A stretch of 64,000 nt of DNA from an uncultured delta proteobacterium. Lineage in GTDB: Bacteria; Myxococcota_A; Polyangia; Haliangiales; Haliangiaceae. The position numbers and the translations under genes are program-made. The notes under the pieces were generated by a model that ran no database searches, was not told the origin of the DNA, and saw only the letters and a program-made list of their open reading frames with translations. The DNA lies in assembly GCA_963848295.1 (NCBI GenBank), contig CAWKDB010000010.1, positions 3,840,001 through 3,904,000 of the forward strand, given 5' to 3'. How positions within the stretch are numbered: position 1 is the first letter of the stretch; each line of letters starts with the position of its first letter. Shown here piece after piece: positions 21,021 through 30,634 of the stretch.

Positions 21021-21238
21021 GCGCGCCACGCTACCATTGAACGTGCGCATTTCCGATCGACTAGCGCGCGCCGAAAAAAAACGAAGATATGGGGGCAGGG
21101 TCTCGTCAGAGAGGCCTGCCCGAGCTGCCCAGCAACCAAGCTTGCTTGGCGGGCCGGGCCAGCGACGATTTTTTCGGGAACCGACACTCACACCCCGATC
21201 GACTCTTCGGGGGTATTTGGGGCACGTTCTCTTAGGCC

Positions 21239-21607
21239 TCAGCCGCCAGGAGGTCGGACGGTGTTTTGCCCGCAACTCGGACATAGGCGCTCGACGCCCT
21301 CTGTCTCGTTCCTTAGCTTTGCGTCTTCTCCAGTCTGTAGCAACGGGACTGGCTTCGTCGCTCTCTTTCCCTTCGCCGCCTGGAGCTGTCCCCGGAGAAA
21401 CCTCGACTTGCAGTTCCCGCACTGCCACTGCTGCTGTGCTCGTGCGACGAGGCGCATGAAGGCTACGAACGACTTTGCTGTGTCCTCACCCTGGTCGGCG
21501 AGCATCTGCAAAGAGCGACGGTAGTCCGCGCTTATCTCAAGCGGGTCGACGTCGAGCTGGCTGAGCACATTGAGAAACCCCTCGTAGTAGTCCTCCGGCA
21601 CCTGCAT
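21239..21607 (-). CDS. Zinc-ribbon hypothetical protein
   Basis: CGNC and CPSC pairs. Confidence 0.6.
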   Translation of the reverse strand: MQVPEDYYEGFLNVLSQLDVDPLEISADYRRSLQMLADQGEDTAKSFVAFMRLVARAQQQWQCGNCKSRFLRGQLQAAKGKRATKPVPLLQTGEDAKLRNETEGVERLCPSCGQNTVRPPGG

Positions 21608-22156
21608 CTTGCCGACGGTAGCACGGTCATCTAGGGGCCCGCGCAGCCTCCTAGGAGCGTCGTTCTCGTGCCCGGCACTTCTGCTCCCCTAGCTCGGGCC
21701 GCATGGTCCTGGGCGTGCTGAGCGCGACGACACGCGGCGCAGTCGCTGGCGGCTGGCGCATCGAACCAACAGCGCACCGTGACGCAATGGTAGCGGTGTT
21801 CGATGGAAGATCGTTCGAGCAACCTCGCGATCGCGCGTAGTGGCGGGCACCCGCCGCATCAAGCGAACGACCGGCGACGGACGCAACGCGTTGACGGCGC
21901 GTAGCCGCGCGCCCGATCGCAACTTCTTGCATAGCGGTGTTGCGATCCGGAGACAGTAGCGGCGCACCCGTCAGCTCGGCGTGCGAGTCGCCGACGAGGA
22001 TCTAGTCCGTGCCGACGAGCAACCGCATGAGCGCCGAGCGACGATCATGATCGCGATGACGATCGACGGCACCGTGTTGATCGACGCATCCTGTACGAGC
22101 AGCAACGTCGGGATCTTCGACGAGGAACGGTGTAGATCGTGCAACGTCATCAGTGC

Positions 22157-22831
22157 ATGAGAGCGATCGCTTACTGCCGAGTTTCAACGAACGAGCAAGC
22201 CGAGCACGGCGTCTCTCTCGCCGCGCAGGAGAGCAAGCTCCGCGCATACTGCACCGCGCTGGAGATCGAACTGGTGCGCGTCGAGGTCGACGCAGGCGTG
22301 TCCGCTTCGACCTTGAACAGGCTTGCGCTCCAGAGATCGCTGGCCTCGCTCAAGAACGGCGAGGCTGATGCGATTGTGATCACGAAGCTCGATCGGATCT
22401 CGCGGTCCGTGGTCGACCTGTGCAGCCTGGTGGATGACTACTTCCGCGATGACCGACGCGCGCTCATCAGCCTCGCGGAGTCGATCGACACCAAGAGCGC
22501 GAGTGGCCGCCTGGTCCTGAACTTGCTCGGCGTCGTCGCGCAGTGGGAGCGCGAGCAGGTCGGCGAGCGGACGTCCACCGCCATGCGCCACATGCGCTCT
22601 GAGGGGCGCTACACCGGCGGGTTCGTGCCGTTCGGGTACACGCTCGCCGCCGACAGTCAGACGCTCGTCGAGGCACCAGGCGAACAGGCCGTGATCCGCG
22701 AGGCACGGACGTTGCGCGCGACCGGCATGAGCTATCGCGCCATCGCCGCGACGCTGTCGGAACGCGGCGCGTTCCTACGCGGAAGAATGGGCGTGAGCCA
22801 GGTCCAGCGCATGCTCGCCAGCGCGGCGTGA
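22157..22831 (+). CDS. Serine recombinase (resolvase domain plus short DNA-binding extension)
   Basis: YCRVST, KLDRISRS, IDTKSASGRL, AQWERE, GGFVPFGY. Confidence 0.92.
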   Translation: MRAIAYCRVSTNEQAEHGVSLAAQESKLRAYCTALEIELVRVEVDAGVSASTLNRLALQRSLASLKNGEADAIVITKLDRISRSVVDLCSLVDDYFRDDRRALISLAESIDTKSASGRLVLNLLGVVAQWEREQVGERTSTAMRHMRSEGRYTGGFVPFGYTLAADSQTLVEAPGEQAVIREARTLRATGMSYRAIAATLSERGAFLRGRMGVSQVQRMLASAA

Positions 22832-23146
22832 GCGGCCCGCACGCGATCGCGAGAGAGCGCCGTGTCGAGGTACATGTTTGTCAACCACGGCTGCTACGCA
22901 ATTCGCTAGTTCATTGACAACCCCCATAGCTGACGACGCTGCGCGCGCGGACATCTCGAAACAGCCCCGAGACGCGCGCAGCGAGCTTCCTTCTCTTCTC
23001 GGCGCCGGCCCCCGCTACAGTCAGCGACCGAGTTTCAAGCCCCATGCGAAGACGAGATCGAGATCCGCGTGTCCCCCGCCACGTACGCCTACGCGTGCGC
23101 GCGAGGAAACGATAGGGCGAACACGCGGACGCCGGTGTGCCGAGCA

Positions 23147-23338
23147 TCAGTTGACCCTAGCGAGGACCACCAGGTCAAAGAGGCCATCCGACCGTTCCTC
23201 GACGCGCAGGATGTGGTCCTCGTCCTTGCCGGTGTTCTTGAGGTCGCGCTCGGTCAGCCCGCGCAGCGACTCGGCCTGAGCACGGGTCCGCAGCCCGCGA
23301 ACCGAGTCCTGCGTCTCCCTATAGTTGCTCTCATCCAT
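23147..23338 (-). CDS. Small hypothetical protein
   Basis: 63-aa ORF with ATG start and protein-like composition. Confidence 0.45.
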   Translation of the reverse strand: MDESNYRETQDSVRGLRTRAQAESLRGLTERDLKNTGKDEDHILRVEERSDGLFDLVVLARVN

Positions 23339-23427
23339 ATCCGCTTGGTCCTCGTTGGGTGCCTACGCGTGCCCGAGAGAGAGAGCGAACGGCGAGCACG
23401 CACAATGCGATCTCTTCGCGGCGCGCG

Positions 23428-24360
23428 CTACTGCATCTTCTCGAACGCGGCCGAGGCGTTCTTGTTGTGCTTGCACTTGGTGACTACCGGCGTCGCGGCG
23501 GCGATGAAGTCTTTCTCGATCGCAGCGGACTCGGTGTCGAACTTCTTTTTGTCGGCGTCGTGCGTCTTCTGGTATGCGCTGACGCCGATGAAGTCGGGGT
23601 CGCTGGTGATCGCGGTGACGTCGGTCGCGATCGCGCCGCAGTCGTTCGCGTCCTTCTTGAACACCTCGACCAATCTCGCGGCGAGCGCGCGGGTCTTGTT
23701 CTTGTAGTCGTCGTAGCCGGTGATCGCCGTGCCGCGTGGTGATGAAAGGTCGCTCACCGCTCGCGGAGCCGCGGGTTGCCGCGCGCTGATATGGACGACG
23801 CGCGATGTGGGCGTCGTCGTCCGACGCCCAGTCTGAAGGTCGAGGTTGTCCGTAATCAGTTCTGCATTCTCCCACTGCGTTTGCCACGTCTCTTCGATCC
23901 AGTCCTTCTCACGGTTCGTCGACGTCGGCGCTCCCCACGCGGCATGGAGCGAGTCCACGACCTTCGCGGCCTCCTCTTCAATGTCGGGTAGCCTGACGAC
24001 GATCGAGTAGACCTCCGTCTTCCGCGGATCGTACAGGAGGTCCACGCACGGTAGAGGCAACTTCGCGGACCGACATCCTCGGCACTTGTCCAACTTCGAA
24101 TCGTCGTCCAAATGCGAGCACGCTTGGAAAACGTCGGGCGGCGGCGCGTGGCCCGGAAGCAGGTCCTCCCATCCTGGCAGCGTGAGATGGTGCTCGGTCG
24201 CCGACGCCGAAGCGTCTTGTCGTCCGGCTGCGTCGCGAGCAGCATCGCCTGTCGACGCATGTCGCTGATCTCGAATGACGGCGAAGCCCACCGCGCCGAC
24301 GATCGCCGCTGCGATCACACCTGCGATCAACTTCTCCTTCACAATCCTCCTCGGACCCAA
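23428..24360 (-). CDS. Membrane-anchored Cys-containing hypothetical protein
   Basis: N-terminal TM segment, several Cys, helical C-terminal domain. Confidence 0.6.
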   Translation of the reverse strand: MGPRRIVKEKLIAGVIAAAIVGAVGFAVIRDQRHASTGDAARDAAGRQDASASATEHHLTLPGWEDLLPGHAPPPDVFQACSHLDDDSKLDKCRGCRSAKLPLPCVDLLYDPRKTEVYSIVVRLPDIEEEAAKVVDSLHAAWGAPTSTNREKDWIEETWQTQWENAELITDNLDLQTGRRTTTPTSRVVHISARQPAAPRAVSDLSSPRGTAITGYDDYKNKTRALAARLVEVFKKDANDCGAIATDVTAITSDPDFIGVSAYQKTHDADKKKFDTESAAIEKDFIAAATPVVTKCKHNKNASAAFEKMQ

Positions 24361-24456
24361 AGCACCACCCTCACGGGCGCCTCGGCGCTCCCTCTCTGAT
24401 CTTACGCCTTACTAGTAAGGTGGTGGCGAAGATCTCGCTGCGAAACCCTGCCGCCG

Positions 24457-24756
24457 TTGGCAGCTTCACCGCGAACGAAGGCATACCGTTCCGCGCCGCG
24501 CCGCTCGCGCGCGTTGGCGCACGTCGCCGCGCAGCTCGCCGACAAGGTGCGGTCGCTGCGGGCCGGCCTCGACCTGACGCAGGAGGAAGCGGCAGAACGC
24601 GCTTCGCTTGAGGCGAAGCATTGGCAGCTCGTCGAGGCCGGCGGAACCAACCCAACGCTCGCGACCCTGCTCTCGATCGCGAAGGCCCTCGAAGTCCAGG
24701 TCCACGAGCTGCTGCACTTCAAGGCGCCACGTCAGCGGGTCCGCCGCTCTACGTAG
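24457..24756 (+). CDS. XRE-family HTH transcriptional regulator (start uncertain)
   Basis: VRSLRAGLDLTQEEAAERA...VEAGGTNPTLATLLSIAKAL. Confidence 0.85.
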   Translation: MAASPRTKAYRSAPRRSRALAHVAAQLADKVRSLRAGLDLTQEEAAERASLEAKHWQLVEAGGTNPTLATLLSIAKALEVQVHELLHFKAPRQRVRRST

Positions 24757-25075
24757 GAACGCGCTGTGCCCGCGTGACGAGATCGGTCACGAGCTGCTCC
24801 TGCTGCCAGGCCGGCAGGGCCAGAACGCGACGTCGTAGCTCGGTGAAGGTGTGATCGGTGTCGGAGAGCCGGCGCCAAGCGCGCAGGGTGACCGGTGAGA
24901 CGTTCAGCCGCTCGGCGATGTAGCCGATTGGTAGGCCTCGACCAAAGTACCAACGGGCCTTCGCGAACTCCGCGAGCGTCACGATCGGCCGTCTCGTGCG
25001 ACGCCTGCGCATGTCGAACAGAGTAGCTTGCCCGGATGGTAGATCGGCAAGCATCTGACGAGCGCACGGATCCAA
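24749..25075 (-). CDS. Small HTH-like protein (start uncertain)
   Basis: IGYIAERLNVSPVTLRAW. Confidence 0.5.
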   Translation of the reverse strand: MDPCARQMLADLPSGQATLFDMRRRRTRRPIVTLAEFAKARWYFGRGLPIGYIAERLNVSPVTLRAWRRLSDTDHTFTELRRRVLALPAWQQEQLVTDLVTRAQRVPT

Positions 25076-25348
25076 CGGTGCCGAGGTGCCCGTGGCGTCA
25101 ACGTCTGCGCCCGGTCACCTGGAAAGTCGATCGCAACCGGCGGTCCCATCGGGGCGTGCTTTTCACCAGCACCAACCTAGTGATCTCGGAGATATGCAGT
25201 GACGAAGCCGATGGGACGTCGTCCTAGGTGATCTCGACAGTCCGGTCACGGCATATGCTCGCGCGATGGATTGGTGGGCCGAGCTTCCCGAGGAGCGTCC
25301 GGGACTCGTCGAGTAGAAAGAACTCGCGGGATGACGTGATCGAATCCG

Positions 25349-25810
25349 TCACTTCCGCTGCACCGCGACCGCCCACGAGTCCGAGCACCAGTCCGCGGTT
25401 TCGCGCTCCACCTTGTTGTATGTGATCACGAGCCCGCCGCTTGCCATAACAATGATGCGCAGCGCCGTAGTGAACCGATCATCGCGATCGATGACCACGT
25501 TCGACATCACGCTGTCGCCCGCAGCGAAGGTGATGGGGTTGGGCTTGCCGCTGTTTATCGTGATGGAATTCGCGAGCACGGTCACGCGGGCGATGCCGTC
25601 CGCCATCTTGCGGATGTGCGCAACCGCTTCCGCCCCGCAGCTACTGTCCTTGTCGGCGGTGAAATCGTGCGGGTCCTCGCCGGGTGTTCGCCAGTACGTG
25701 CCCACGAGCTTGGCCGGTGCGGCCAGTGCAGCCTTAGCAGCGGTCGGACCGTCCGCGAGCGCCGTCGACGTCGCGAGCATCGTAGCGAGAACGACGGTCG
25801 TCTTGTGCAC
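25349..25810 (-). CDS. Secreted hypothetical protein
   Basis: GTG start, signal peptide ending STALA, beta-rich body with two Cys. Confidence 0.6.
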   Translation of the reverse strand: MHKTTVVLATMLATSTALADGPTAAKAALAAPAKLVGTYWRTPGEDPHDFTADKDSSCGAEAVAHIRKMADGIARVTVLANSITINSGKPNPITFAAGDSVMSNVVIDRDDRFTTALRIIVMASGGLVITYNKVERETADWCSDSWAVAVQRK

Positions 25811-25936
25811 CCTATTCCCTTTCCATTGGGAGTATCGCCCACCGCGCGCACTGTTGGCTAGTGCACGCCAGGGGCGGTTAGCTCGGCGTGCGGCCCGCAC
25901 GTGGCAACCGAAGCGACTCCGATCGCCTCGGCGACG

Positions 25937-26593
25937 TCATTGCTTCTGATTGTCGCTGCCCGCATCTTGCGAGCCTCGTGCATCGCCTGGCTCTTGGTCG
26001 TCGCTGCCCGCGTCGTCATCGGAACCGTCCTCGACGGTATCAGGCGTGGTTCGTTGCTCCTGCTTGGGATACGGTCCGTGGAAGTCTCGACCGCGGAGGG
26101 GCCGAACGCTTTCCGGCAACTCCGACCATCGCGATGGCGGCACGCGCACGACGAGATACGTTCCATCGTAGCCAGCCACGGGAAGGATTGCGCCAGACGT
26201 GACAGTGGTGGTCGCCGCGTCACCGGAGACCGCCGTCGCGGCTCGATCGGCACTGATCTGAAGCCAATGCGCGATGGTGTTCCTATCGGCGACCACCGCA
26301 TGGGTACCGCCGCGAGCGGCCACATCGCGGAGCGCCTGTTTGCGAACGTACTCTGTCGAAAAGCCGTTGCTGTCCGTTTCCATCGTGCCCAGCAACACCG
26401 CCCCGGCGGCGATCAGCTTTGAGATATCCCCCTCGTAGACTTCGATGGCGTGGTGAACCGAGGGCCGATAGCCCTGCGCCGCGCGTGCCGTGTACGGCTT
26501 GAATTCGGAGACCGGTCCGTGACACGCGGCGATGATGAATGCGACCGCTACTGCGCCAACGCCGACCGACCTACGCACGCGACCAGGATACAC
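25937..26593 (-). CDS. Putative lipoprotein
   Basis: Lipobox IAAC, acidic tail. Confidence 0.55.
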   Translation of the reverse strand: MYPGRVRRSVGVGAVAVAFIIAACHGPVSEFKPYTARAAQGYRPSVHHAIEVYEGDISKLIAAGAVLLGTMETDSNGFSTEYVRKQALRDVAARGGTHAVVADRNTIAHWLQISADRAATAVSGDAATTTVTSGAILPVAGYDGTYLVVRVPPSRWSELPESVRPLRGRDFHGPYPKQEQRTTPDTVEDGSDDDAGSDDQEPGDARGSQDAGSDNQKQ

Positions 26594-26728
26594 GAGTCCC
26601 AGCTCGCTCGCCGGTCAGCGATTCGCTGTTGCGTGCTGTGCAGTCGGAGTGGCGGTTGTAACCAGCAACGTCTGGCTTCCGCGCCCCCGGCGCGCTGAGA
26701 AAAGAGCCGACGAGGCTAGCGAGTCTTT

Positions 26729-27418
26729 CTACAGCGTCGCGGTGGTCGTAGTCGAGGTCATCGGCGCGAAGCTCGACGGGGAAATCTCTGCGCCGGAAGT
26801 CGGGATGATCATGATCGACGGATTGATTTCTGCCACGCAGTTGGTGCCACTCTTGATGTAGTACGTCACACCAGGAGTGCCGGCGGCATAGACCTGCGGC
26901 CCGACCGTGACTGGACACGTTGTCGTCGAGGGCTGCACCATGACGTACGACGGTACGGTCGCACCGCAGCTGGTAAAGAAGTACGCCCCGGGCGTGGTAC
27001 ACGCCGCGTCGACGTAGGGGCCAGCGGGGGATAGCGAGACCGGGGATAGCGAGGCGGAGGGTGTCGGTAAGCAGCGCGTCACGCCATCTGATGCGAGCTG
27101 CGGAGAACACGACTCGCCCCCGCGTGCAGAGTCACTCCATCCGCCGAAGGTCGTTTGCGAGAACATGGCTCCGTCGCCGGTGCTGATCGTGGTCGTCGTG
27201 GAGCGCGCCTTGATTCGCGTTCCGCTGGAGTAGGTCGGCCCGTCACTGCCGCTGCCGGGCGCGTCGATAGTGCGTGCGGCATCGCCACCACCGCCACCAC
27301 CGCCACCGCCACCGCCGCCACCGCCACCATCACCGCGATCGGCGGACGACGACGCCGTGCATGCGGCGAGCACGAGAGCGCAGGACCCCACGATCGCGAG
27401 TGTGATTCTCGATGCCAT
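26729..27418 (-). CDS. Lipoprotein with poly-Gly linker and myxobacterial Cys-rich repeat domain (DUF7481-like)
   Basis: GGAGGAG RBS, lipobox LAAC, poly-Gly tract, SGTRIKAR...W.D...C.PQLASDGVTRCLP motif. Confidence 0.7.
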   Translation of the reverse strand: MASRITLAIVGSCALVLAACTASSSADRGDGGGGGGGGGGGGGGGDAARTIDAPGSGSDGPTYSSGTRIKARSTTTTISTGDGAMFSQTTFGGWSDSARGGESCSPQLASDGVTRCLPTPSASLSPVSLSPAGPYVDAACTTPGAYFFTSCGATVPSYVMVQPSTTTCPVTVGPQVYAAGTPGVTYYIKSGTNCVAEINPSIMIIPTSGAEISPSSFAPMTSTTTTATL

Positions 27419-27641
27419 GTCTCACTCCTCCCCGCCGATGAGCTTACGCGCTCGTCGATCCGGCGTTCGGGTAAGGGCGGGGTTCACATGCGCCTTCGTG
27501 CGCGTTGGAGCGGCACGCGTCTGCCTAGCCGGCCACCGATTCATTCCTTCCGACGCTAGGCCGAACAAAATTAGACACGCGCGCGGCGGCCCGGCGTGGC
27601 GCTGTCGAGTTCCTGGTACGAATCGTCGGGAAGTCGACCGC

Positions 27642-27935
27642 ATGCCGCGCCCCACCAGACCGCGTCCGATGATCCTGTTCGACCGCATCAACAGTTCGGC
27701 CGCGGTACTCGTCGCGCTCAACGAGGCACTCGATGCGAAGCCGGAGATCAGCCGAGGCGATGCGCGGTCCCTCATGCGCGCCGCTCGCGCCACGCTCGCC
27801 GCGATCGAAACCTGGCGCGCGTGGCATCGCGAGCGCGGTCTGCTGCCGTTCTCGCCCGGCGTGCGAGCGCTCGCGGATAGGTGCGAGGAGATCCTGTGCA
27901 TGTGCGAGGACGTCGCGCACTCGCAGGATAACTAG
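27642..27935 (+). CDS. Hypothetical protein
   Basis: Helical ~97-aa ORF divergent from the lipoprotein. Confidence 0.45.
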   Translation: MPRPTRPRPMILFDRINSSAAVLVALNEALDAKPEISRGDARSLMRAARATLAAIETWRAWHRERGLLPFSPGVRALADRCEEILCMCEDVAHSQDN

Positions 27936-27984
27936 CTCTCTCGGGACCCGCCGCGGCCCGCACGTGGTCCGCGGCGTGGTTTCC

Positions 27985-28230
27985 CTAGGTGAGCAGCCGA
28001 ACGAGCGGCGCGAACTCGGTCATATGGGCCGCGCCGGCGACCGGATCGGCCCATTGGCCGCCGACCGAGTAGTGACGCTCGCCGTTTGGCGCGGCGTGCT
28101 CCACGAGTTCGGTGTTGTCGGCCCGTCGGAGAACGCGAACGGGCTTGGCGTCGAGTGGTAGCGGTGTGATAGCGAAGCGCATCGGCGGATCGTAGCGGAG
28201 GCCCATGACGATCTCGCCTGCCCGATCCAC
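27985..28230 (-). CDS. Small hypothetical protein
   Basis: Short ORF; weak support. Confidence 0.3.
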   Translation of the reverse strand: MDRAGEIVMGLRYDPPMRFAITPLPLDAKPVRVLRRADNTELVEHAAPNGERHYSVGGQWADPVAGAAHMTEFAPLVRLLT

Positions 28231-28268
28231 CAGCTACCCAACTATCCCGGAGGATCGAGATTGCCGGA

Positions 28269-28460
28269 ATGCCCAAGGTCCCCGATCACCAACAAGTCGC
28301 CCGCCGCCAACTCTTCGACGGTTACGTGCTCGCCGCATATGCGATTCCAGGCGAGGACCGCGCGAAGTTCCGGATCCTCAGCGAGAAGGATCAGACCCTC
28401 AGCCTTCAGGTCTCGGCCGAGGACGCAACCGCGTTGTGCGCGATGCTGACCAAGGTCTGA
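28269..28460 (+). CDS. Small hypothetical protein
   Basis: 63-aa ORF with ATG start and protein-like composition. Confidence 0.4.
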   Translation: MPKVPDHQQVARRQLFDGYVLAAYAIPGEDRAKFRILSEKDQTLSLQVSAEDATALCAMLTKV

Positions 28461-28546
28461 CGCCTTCTTCACGACCCGGATGTGGCCGACGACTCGTCCC
28501 GTGAGCAATAGCGGCCGTACGGTTGAGCTGAAACAGGAGATCAACG

Positions 28547-29215
28547 ATGTGGTTCTACGTCCTTGCCGCGTTGGGGTGGGTCGTTACGATTGGCGGTTTA
28601 TCGACGATTGAGAGTCGGGTGCGGGCGCGATTTCCGCGCGTCAGAAAGGTGTACCTCGACGTTGGTACATTCGTGATCGCGACGGCGGTTCTCGTTGGGA
28701 GTATTGGGCTCTACCGTTCGGGTGTTGCGTCCGCACAACGTACGACCGACGCGGTGACTCGCTACGCGGAGGCAGTTCACATGGATCCCCGCGGGCACAC
28801 AATCCCTCTCGAAGAGGGTGGCGTCCTGATCCAGCGCGGACCGCTCATCGATACGCTCGACGGAGCCTGGATCGCGACGAAGGACGACATCTTCCCGGCG
28901 TGTACGCCGGTGGCCATTGCGAAGTTTGAGAAAGCCGCGACGTCGTGGCCTGACATTCCATGGGGACACTTCGGGCTCGCGTTCTGTGCGGCATGTGCCG
29001 GCGACCAGGGCTGGCGGGGACACGCGGAGCGCGCCGCCGAGATACTTCGAGCTACGACGCTGGTCGCCGGCCACGACCCTCACCAGGATGTGGTGCTCAA
29101 GAACCTAGAGATCTGGCTCGACACAAAGGGGAACGCCACGCTTCACCATTCAAGCTGTCCGTCGGCGTCAGCTGCTCCACCGCCCGTCGCTGCCACGCCT
29201 TCGAAGGCGTCGTGA
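28547..29215 (+). CDS. Hypothetical membrane protein, two N-terminal TMs and a TPR-like helix pair
   Basis: AGGAG RBS; AIAKFEKAATSWPDIPWGHFGLA. Confidence 0.6.
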   Translation: MWFYVLAALGWVVTIGGLSTIESRVRARFPRVRKVYLDVGTFVIATAVLVGSIGLYRSGVASAQRTTDAVTRYAEAVHMDPRGHTIPLEEGGVLIQRGPLIDTLDGAWIATKDDIFPACTPVAIAKFEKAATSWPDIPWGHFGLAFCAACAGDQGWRGHAERAAEILRATTLVAGHDPHQDVVLKNLEIWLDTKGNATLHHSSCPSASAAPPPVAATPSKAS

Positions 29216-29330
29216 ATTTCCTGGTCCGCCGCTTCGCTCGACTCCTCCCCCGGGATCTCCTCCCAGACACCTAAGCTGGTGATTCCTCACAGCAGGCCTC
29301 GCCGAGGCCGCGCAGCTCGTATGCCAAGAC

Positions 29331-29358
29331 TTGACGCAGGGATCTCAAGGCGTACTGT
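29331..29358 (+). promoter_or_regulatory. Sigma70-like promoter for a candidate small RNA
   Basis: TTGACG-N16-TACTGT with no supported plus-strand gene downstream. Confidence 0.5.
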
Positions 29359-29362
29359 GGAT

Positions 29363-29435
29363 GTGGGCCTAGCCCACGAGGTCACCCAACGGTGGCTGCC
29401 CAGGACCCGGTTTAATCGCCGGGTTTTGGTTTTTT
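29363..29435 (+). ncRNA. Candidate DUF3800-associated small RNA
   Basis: Three hairpins (29363-29377, 29380-29397, 29405-29424) then a U-rich tail; overlaps the DUF3800 stop codon in antisense. Confidence 0.5.
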
Positions 29436-30308
29436 CGGCTCCGGATCGGTCGAGTCGCCGACACTCGCAGCGTTCGTCTCAGTCGCAGTCTGGACGTCCC
29501 AGCAGCTGTACTTGATTCCGCAGCTGGCGACCTCCCCGGGTGCAAGCTTGCAGTCGATCAGCGCCAGCGCGTTCTTCATCGCTGTATAGGTTCGGTTGTC
29601 TGGCTTGTATCCGCCGAGGCAAACAGGCCACAGGGAGAGGTCGGCGATCTGCATGGGCGGCGAGGTCTTGTTCTTGGTTTGGAACTCGTAAAGCGTCTCG
29701 GCGAAGTCTTGCGCCGCGAGCGGCGTGTACTTCGCAGACGTGTCCGCGCTGAATGGCTGACCCTTCTCGCGTAGCTCGTTGTAGTAGCCGAGCACGATCC
29801 GATCGGTCTTCTTGTCAGCCCTCTCGATGTTGACGCGCAGCCGGCATCCAGCTCGGCGCGCATACTTCACCGACCGCTCGACGACGATCGAAAAGGCGGT
29901 CTTGCAGAGCAACCAGCGGTTGTTCCCGTACTTCTCGGCGTACCGACGGTTGTAGCCGGGACGATCGATCACGCACGCGATTGCAGTCAGCTCGGAGCGG
30001 GTGACGAGCTTCGTGACGTCCTCGTAGAACTCGGTCAGCTGCTCGGGCAACAAGCGGCGGAGCCACCGGAACCCGTCGGTCTTTCCGCGTATCTCGGACG
30101 AGTGTAGTGGCTTCTCCATCCCGAGATGCTTCCACTTTCCGTACAACGCTTCGTGGGCCAAGCGGACTACCGCCTCGTCGGCCTCGCGCACGAGCACTCC
30201 GCCTAGGCCGAACCAGTCACAGCCGTGCCCGGGGAGAGGATCGCCCGCCGAGCGGTCAGGGTTGCGCGTCCCTGAGTCGTCGAGGTAGAGATTCAATACG
30301 TCGGGCAC
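29412..30308 (-). CDS. DUF3800 domain protein (RNase H-like fold)
   Basis: LYLDDSG N-terminal motif, LHSSEI, QIADL C-terminal motif. Confidence 0.85.
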   Translation of the reverse strand: MPDVLNLYLDDSGTRNPDRSAGDPLPGHGCDWFGLGGVLVREADEAVVRLAHEALYGKWKHLGMEKPLHSSEIRGKTDGFRWLRRLLPEQLTEFYEDVTKLVTRSELTAIACVIDRPGYNRRYAEKYGNNRWLLCKTAFSIVVERSVKYARRAGCRLRVNIERADKKTDRIVLGYYNELREKGQPFSADTSAKYTPLAAQDFAETLYEFQTKNKTSPPMQIADLSLWPVCLGGYKPDNRTYTAMKNALALIDCKLAPGEVASCGIKYSCWDVQTATETNAASVGDSTDPEPKKPKPGD

Positions 30309-30364
30309 CGCGCCCGGACGTTAACGCCGCATCTGCGCGTGTGCCACTTGGCAGCCTAGTCGAG

Positions 30365-30432
30365 CCGAGATGGTAGCTTCGAGCGCGACCAACCTTCTGC
30401 TCCTCGTGTTGCGCTCGAAGCTACCATCTCGG
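30365..30432. repeat. Perfect 22-bp inverted repeat
   Basis: CCGAGATGGTAGCTTCGAGCGC-N24-GCGCTCGAAGCTACCATCTCGG. Confidence 0.95.
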
Positions 30433-30634
30433 TCTGACGGTGCAGAGCCTCGTCGGGAAACGGAACGTGCTCGGATCCGCCGTCGGATGCGCGCCTCAAG
30501 CCGTGCCATTCTGTGCCATGGACACTCAGATCAACTGAAACGAACCACTACCAACTGAGAACGCGAATCGCGCAACGGTGTGTGATCGTTGCCAAGCGTG
30601 CGATATGGTTTTCGTATCGCGTCGCGCGGTTCGC

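Noticed and set aside
21071..21215. CCGAAAAAA/TTTTTTCGG inverted pair and nearby hairpin as a replication origin
   Set aside because: Short and imperfect, no iteron array; cannot be supported from sequence alone
22157..22831. IS607-family transposon
   Set aside because: No N-terminal HTH before the catalytic domain and no tnpB downstream
27283..27330. (CCA/CCG)n tract as a phase-variation switch
   Set aside because: In-frame triplet repeat encoding a poly-Gly linker; slippage would not change frame
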